This document shows positions 61,204-64,000 of a DNA stretch of 64,000 nucleotides, one piece after another (the stretch's first letter is position 1; every line of letters begins with the position of its first letter). This stretch comes from Acidobacteriota bacterium (GTDB lineage: Bacteria; Acidobacteriota; UBA6911; RPQK01; JAJDTT01), in NCBI GenBank assembly GCA_965217775.1, contig CBDCJH010000002.1:5152001-5216000 (forward strand), written 5' to 3'. The notes under the pieces were generated by a model that saw only the letters and a program-made list of their open reading frames with translations, was not told the origin of the DNA and made no database searches. Both the position numbers and the translations under genes were made by a program.

Positions 61204-61944
61204 ATGAAACCGGAACAATTGGTCGAGAAGCTGCGCAAAGTCCAACCCTTGAGTCTCAGGTCGGTCATTCTGTACGGGTCGGCCGTCACCGGCGACTTCG
61301 TAAGGAAGCGATCGGACTACAATGTGCTCGTCATCGCCGAGAGTCTGGGAGTGCCGGAGCTGCGGGCTCTGGCCGGCGTGGCTCGGCGTTGGGTCAAGGC
61401 GGGCAATCCACCGCCACTGCTCTTCACTTTGGAGCGATTGAAACAGTCGGCGGACGTCTTCCCCATCGAGATCCTGGACATGAAGGCGGCGAACCGGGTC
61501 CTTTATGGCGAGGACATCCTGAGCCGGATTCCAGTCAGTGAAGAGAATCTGAGACTCCAAGTGGAGTCGGAGCTCAAGGGAAAGCTGATTCAACTCCGGG
61601 AGGCCTATCTGATTACGGGAGGAAAGCCCCGGGACGTGGTCGAGGTCCTGGTCCGTTCCCTTGCCTCGTTTCTGGTTCTCTTTCGGGCGGCCCTTCGCCT
61701 CTACCAGATCGGGGCGCCGGCCAAGAAGCTGGATGCGCTGGCCGCTCTGGCCCGGCGGATCCCATTGGACCCCACACCGTTCGAAACCGTCGAAGCCCTC
61801 AAGGAGGGGCAGATGAAGGTCAAACAGGTCAAGGCGGACGCCCTCTTCGGAGACTTTCTGAAGTCCGTTGAGACCGTTGTGGACGCCATCGACAGCTACG
61901 CTCACGGGCGGGAGCGGGCTGAGGAACAGGAGTTGCCGTCTTGA
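61204..61944 (+). CDS. Nucleotidyltransferase-domain protein
   Basis: ILYGSAVTGD...SDYN, SADVFPIEILD; lies between TPM and LemA. Confidence 0.8.
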   Translation: MKPEQLVEKLRKVQPLSLRSVILYGSAVTGDFVRKRSDYNVLVIAESLGVPELRALAGVARRWVKAGNPPPLLFTLERLKQSADVFPIEILDMKAANRVLYGEDILSRIPVSEENLRLQVESELKGKLIQLREAYLITGGKPRDVVEVLVRSLASFLVLFRAALRLYQIGAPAKKLDALAALARRIPLDPTPFETVEALKEGQMKVKQVKADALFGDFLKSVETVVDAIDSYAHGRERAEEQELPS

Positions 61945-62507
61945 AGAAGATATGGATCGTATTGGGAGTTGTCCTGCTTCTCTTCCTCATCGTCGGCATG
62001 AGTCTGACCGGTTCTTACAACCGGCTGGTCACGTTGAACGAGGGGGTGGAGGGCGCTTGGGCCCAGGTGGAGACGGTGCTGCAACGGCGCTACGACCTGA
62101 TCCCCAACCTGGTGAACACCGTGAAGGGGTTTGCAGCTCAGGAACGGGAAGTCTTTACCGAGGTCACCCGCTTGCGGAGCCAATGGGGAGCCGCCCGGAC
62201 CACCGCCGGCAAGGCTCAGATTGCCGGCCAGATGGAAGGGATGCTGTCCCGCCTGCTCCTGGTCGCCGAGCGCTATCCCGAGCTCAAGTCCAATCAGAAC
62301 TTCCTGGCCCTGCAGGACGAGTTGGCCGGGACCGAGAACCGGATCGCCGTGGAGCGGCGCCGCTACAACCAGACCGTACGGGACTACAACACGACGGTCC
62401 GCCGGTTTCCCACCAACCTCGTGGCCGGCTTTTACGGTTTCGAGCGGAGCACGGCCTACTTCGAAGCCGCCGAAGGAGCCGAAGCGGCTCCCACCGTAGC
62501 GTTCTGA
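61941..62507 (+). CDS. lemA: LemA family protein
   Basis: YNRLV, QRRYDLIPNLV, ERYPELKSNQNF, GTENRIAVERRRYN. Confidence 0.95.
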   Translation: MKKIWIVLGVVLLLFLIVGMSLTGSYNRLVTLNEGVEGAWAQVETVLQRRYDLIPNLVNTVKGFAAQEREVFTEVTRLRSQWGAARTTAGKAQIAGQMEGMLSRLLLVAERYPELKSNQNFLALQDELAGTENRIAVERRRYNQTVRDYNTTVRRFPTNLVAGFYGFERSTAYFEAAEGAEAAPTVAF

Positions 62508-63340
62508 TCCGAAGGTTCCGGGTAGATACGCCGGGCGGAAATCAGAAAACCGGTGTGCGCCACCATCCGATGAACCGGCCGGATGGACTCCTCGCTGACA
62601 TGCCAGGGACGGACCAGCGACTCGGTGGTTTCGATGTGCGCCCAGTCCGGGTCGCGCTGCAATTTTCTCACCAGCCGGTACACCTGAAGCGCGGTGGGGA
62701 GCCAACAGAGAAGGCTGCCGCCCGGTCTCAACGCCGCTGCCGCCGAGTCGACGGCGCGCTCCGGTTCGGGGACGTCGAACAGGATCGTGTCCAGGTCCTC
62801 CTCCTGGATCCCGTCGTAGACATCCTCCAGAACGATCGTGTGCCGCGCTCCCGAAGCCCCGTAGAGGCCCGCGAATTCGGAGAGCGTGTCCTGGGCCAGT
62901 GAAGCGAACTCTTCCCGGCGCTCGTAGGAGATGAGATGACCCTGCGGCCCCAGGAAACGGAGCAGGACCAGGGCCACCGACCCGGACCCGATGCCCGCCT
63001 CCAGAACCCGGGCCCCGGGATAGATATCGCCCCGGATCAGGATCTGCGTCGAGTCCCGCGGGTAGATGATCTGGGTTCGGCGGTGCAGCCCCTTGAGAAC
63101 GTACCGTTCCAGGGTAGGCCGGAGGCAGACGACGGGGATTCCCCGGCGGCTCGGAAATCGGCAGCCTGGGGGCTTGCCCACGATCTCGTCGTGGAAGACA
63201 TGGCCGGTATGGGAGTGGTGGAAGAGGCCTCCCGGGCGCAGTTGAAAAATGTGGCGCTTGTTCTTGGGTCCGATGAGCAGAACCAACTCACCCTCCCGAA
63301 GGGGAACCCGCTGCAGCGTCGATGTCGCGTCCGAGGCCAT
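62456..63340 (-). CDS. trmI: tRNA (adenine58-N1)-methyltransferase
   Basis: RRTQIIYPRD, VLEAGIGSGS, YERREEF, DVPEP, HRMVAHTGFL. Confidence 0.9.
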   Translation of the reverse strand: MASDATSTLQRVPLREGELVLLIGPKNKRHIFQLRPGGLFHHSHTGHVFHDEIVGKPPGCRFPSRRGIPVVCLRPTLERYVLKGLHRRTQIIYPRDSTQILIRGDIYPGARVLEAGIGSGSVALVLLRFLGPQGHLISYERREEFASLAQDTLSEFAGLYGASGARHTIVLEDVYDGIQEEDLDTILFDVPEPERAVDSAAAALRPGGSLLCWLPTALQVYRLVRKLQRDPDWAHIETTESLVRPWHVSEESIRPVHRMVAHTGFLISARRIYPEPSDQNATVGAASAPSAASK

Positions 63341-63378
63341 CCTGGGAGAATAGTCACGCCCATTTTCAAGTGTCAAAC

Positions 63379-63416
63379 GTAGGAGGGGCGACATTCCTGT
63401 CCCCCCCTCTTCATCC
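63379..63416 (+). repeat. REP-like palindrome abutting MITE copy 2
   Basis: GTAGGAGGGGCGACATTCCTGTCCCCCCCTCTTCATCC, similar to 42259-42292. Confidence 0.65.
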
Positions 63417-63420
63417 ATAG

Positions 63421-63578
63421 CAGTCCGTGGTGAAAGTCCCGCGAGCACCGAGACCGTTCCTGCGCCCGCCGGACAAGGCGCGATTCGGGTGCATACCGGG
63501 AGTATGTGCCCGAATCGCAACGCCGTCCGCCGGGATGCAGGAACGGTCGAATGCCGTGATGACTTTTGCCACGGGCTG
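63421..63578. mobile_element. 158-bp MITE, copy 2
   Basis: Same TIRs as copy 1; TSD ATAG (63417-63420, 63579-63582). Confidence 0.92.
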
Positions 63579-63674
63579 ATAGTAAATAGTTCAGCGAAGG
63601 TATGAGGACGGCCAGTGGAGTCAGGCGCGGTGGAGACCATGACGATGCTCGGCAGGGGCTGCTATTGTAGCCCG

Positions 63675-64000
63675 ATGAGAGACGGATCTCCCGCGAGGCA
63701 TCCTGCGTCATCTTCCACCCTGCCGGCGGTCTGGGTCTGCACGGCCATCCTGGCGACCGTCTTGAGCAGCCTGGGATTCGGTCGAACTCCGGCACCGGCG
63801 CCAAGACCTTCTTCGGCCGAAGGAGAACCGCTGCTTTCCACGACTCGACAGCTCACTTTCGAAGGCCGGCGTTCCGGGGAAGGATATTTCAGCCCGGACG
63901 GCTCCCGGTTCATCTTCCAGAGCGAGCGCGAGGAGGGAAACCCATTCTTTCAGATCTACCTGATGGACCTGGTCCGAAGAGAGGTGAGCCGGCTCTCTCC
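63675..64000 (+). CDS. TolB-like PD40-repeat protein (5' part; runs off the window)
   Basis: Signal-like segment, then RQLTFEGRRSGEGYFSPDG...IFQSER...FFQIYLMDL. Confidence 0.8.
   Translation, partial: MRDGSPARHPASSSTLPAVWVCTAILATVLSSLGFGRTPAPAPRPSSAEGEPLLSTTRQLTFEGRRSGEGYFSPDGSRFIFQSEREEGNPFFQIYLMDLVRREVSRLS

Noticed and set aside
63341-63640. 100-aa N-terminal extension of trmI in the ORF track
   Set aside because: It is read-through across a REP and the stop-free MITE; homology to TrmI starts near ATG 63340.

Overview
GC-rich bacterial chromosomal segment (gene content suggests an Acidobacteriota/PVC-like organism; inference only). Mostly housekeeping and metabolic genes: ligA, a lysC-dapB-dapA-dapD-aminotransferase operon, iscSU, hsp20, thrC, sodA, cinA-like, galU plus a glucuronokinase-like kinase, gntK-gnd, a sigma54-controlled copper cluster (cusCBA, two-component pair, copA), TPM-NTase-lemA and trmI. 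Top finding: an unannotated ~470-nt highly structured RNA gene candidate (5169-5645) with its own TTGC-N16-TAGAAT promoter, five nested long-range helices, six UUCG motifs and a U-tract. It lacks the RNase P, tmRNA and tRNA signatures I can recognise and lies next to a DnaA-box cluster. Other notable items: a group II intron inserted in a REP-like palindrome with matching EBS1/IBS1; an integrase-free mosaic of decaying toxin-antitoxin modules after tRNA-Phe whose breakpoints are marked by a repeated GTGACTGTCCCCTT motif; and a 158-bp MITE with 4-bp target duplications, one copy inserted in frame in a protein. All calls come from reading by eye; no database searches were run.
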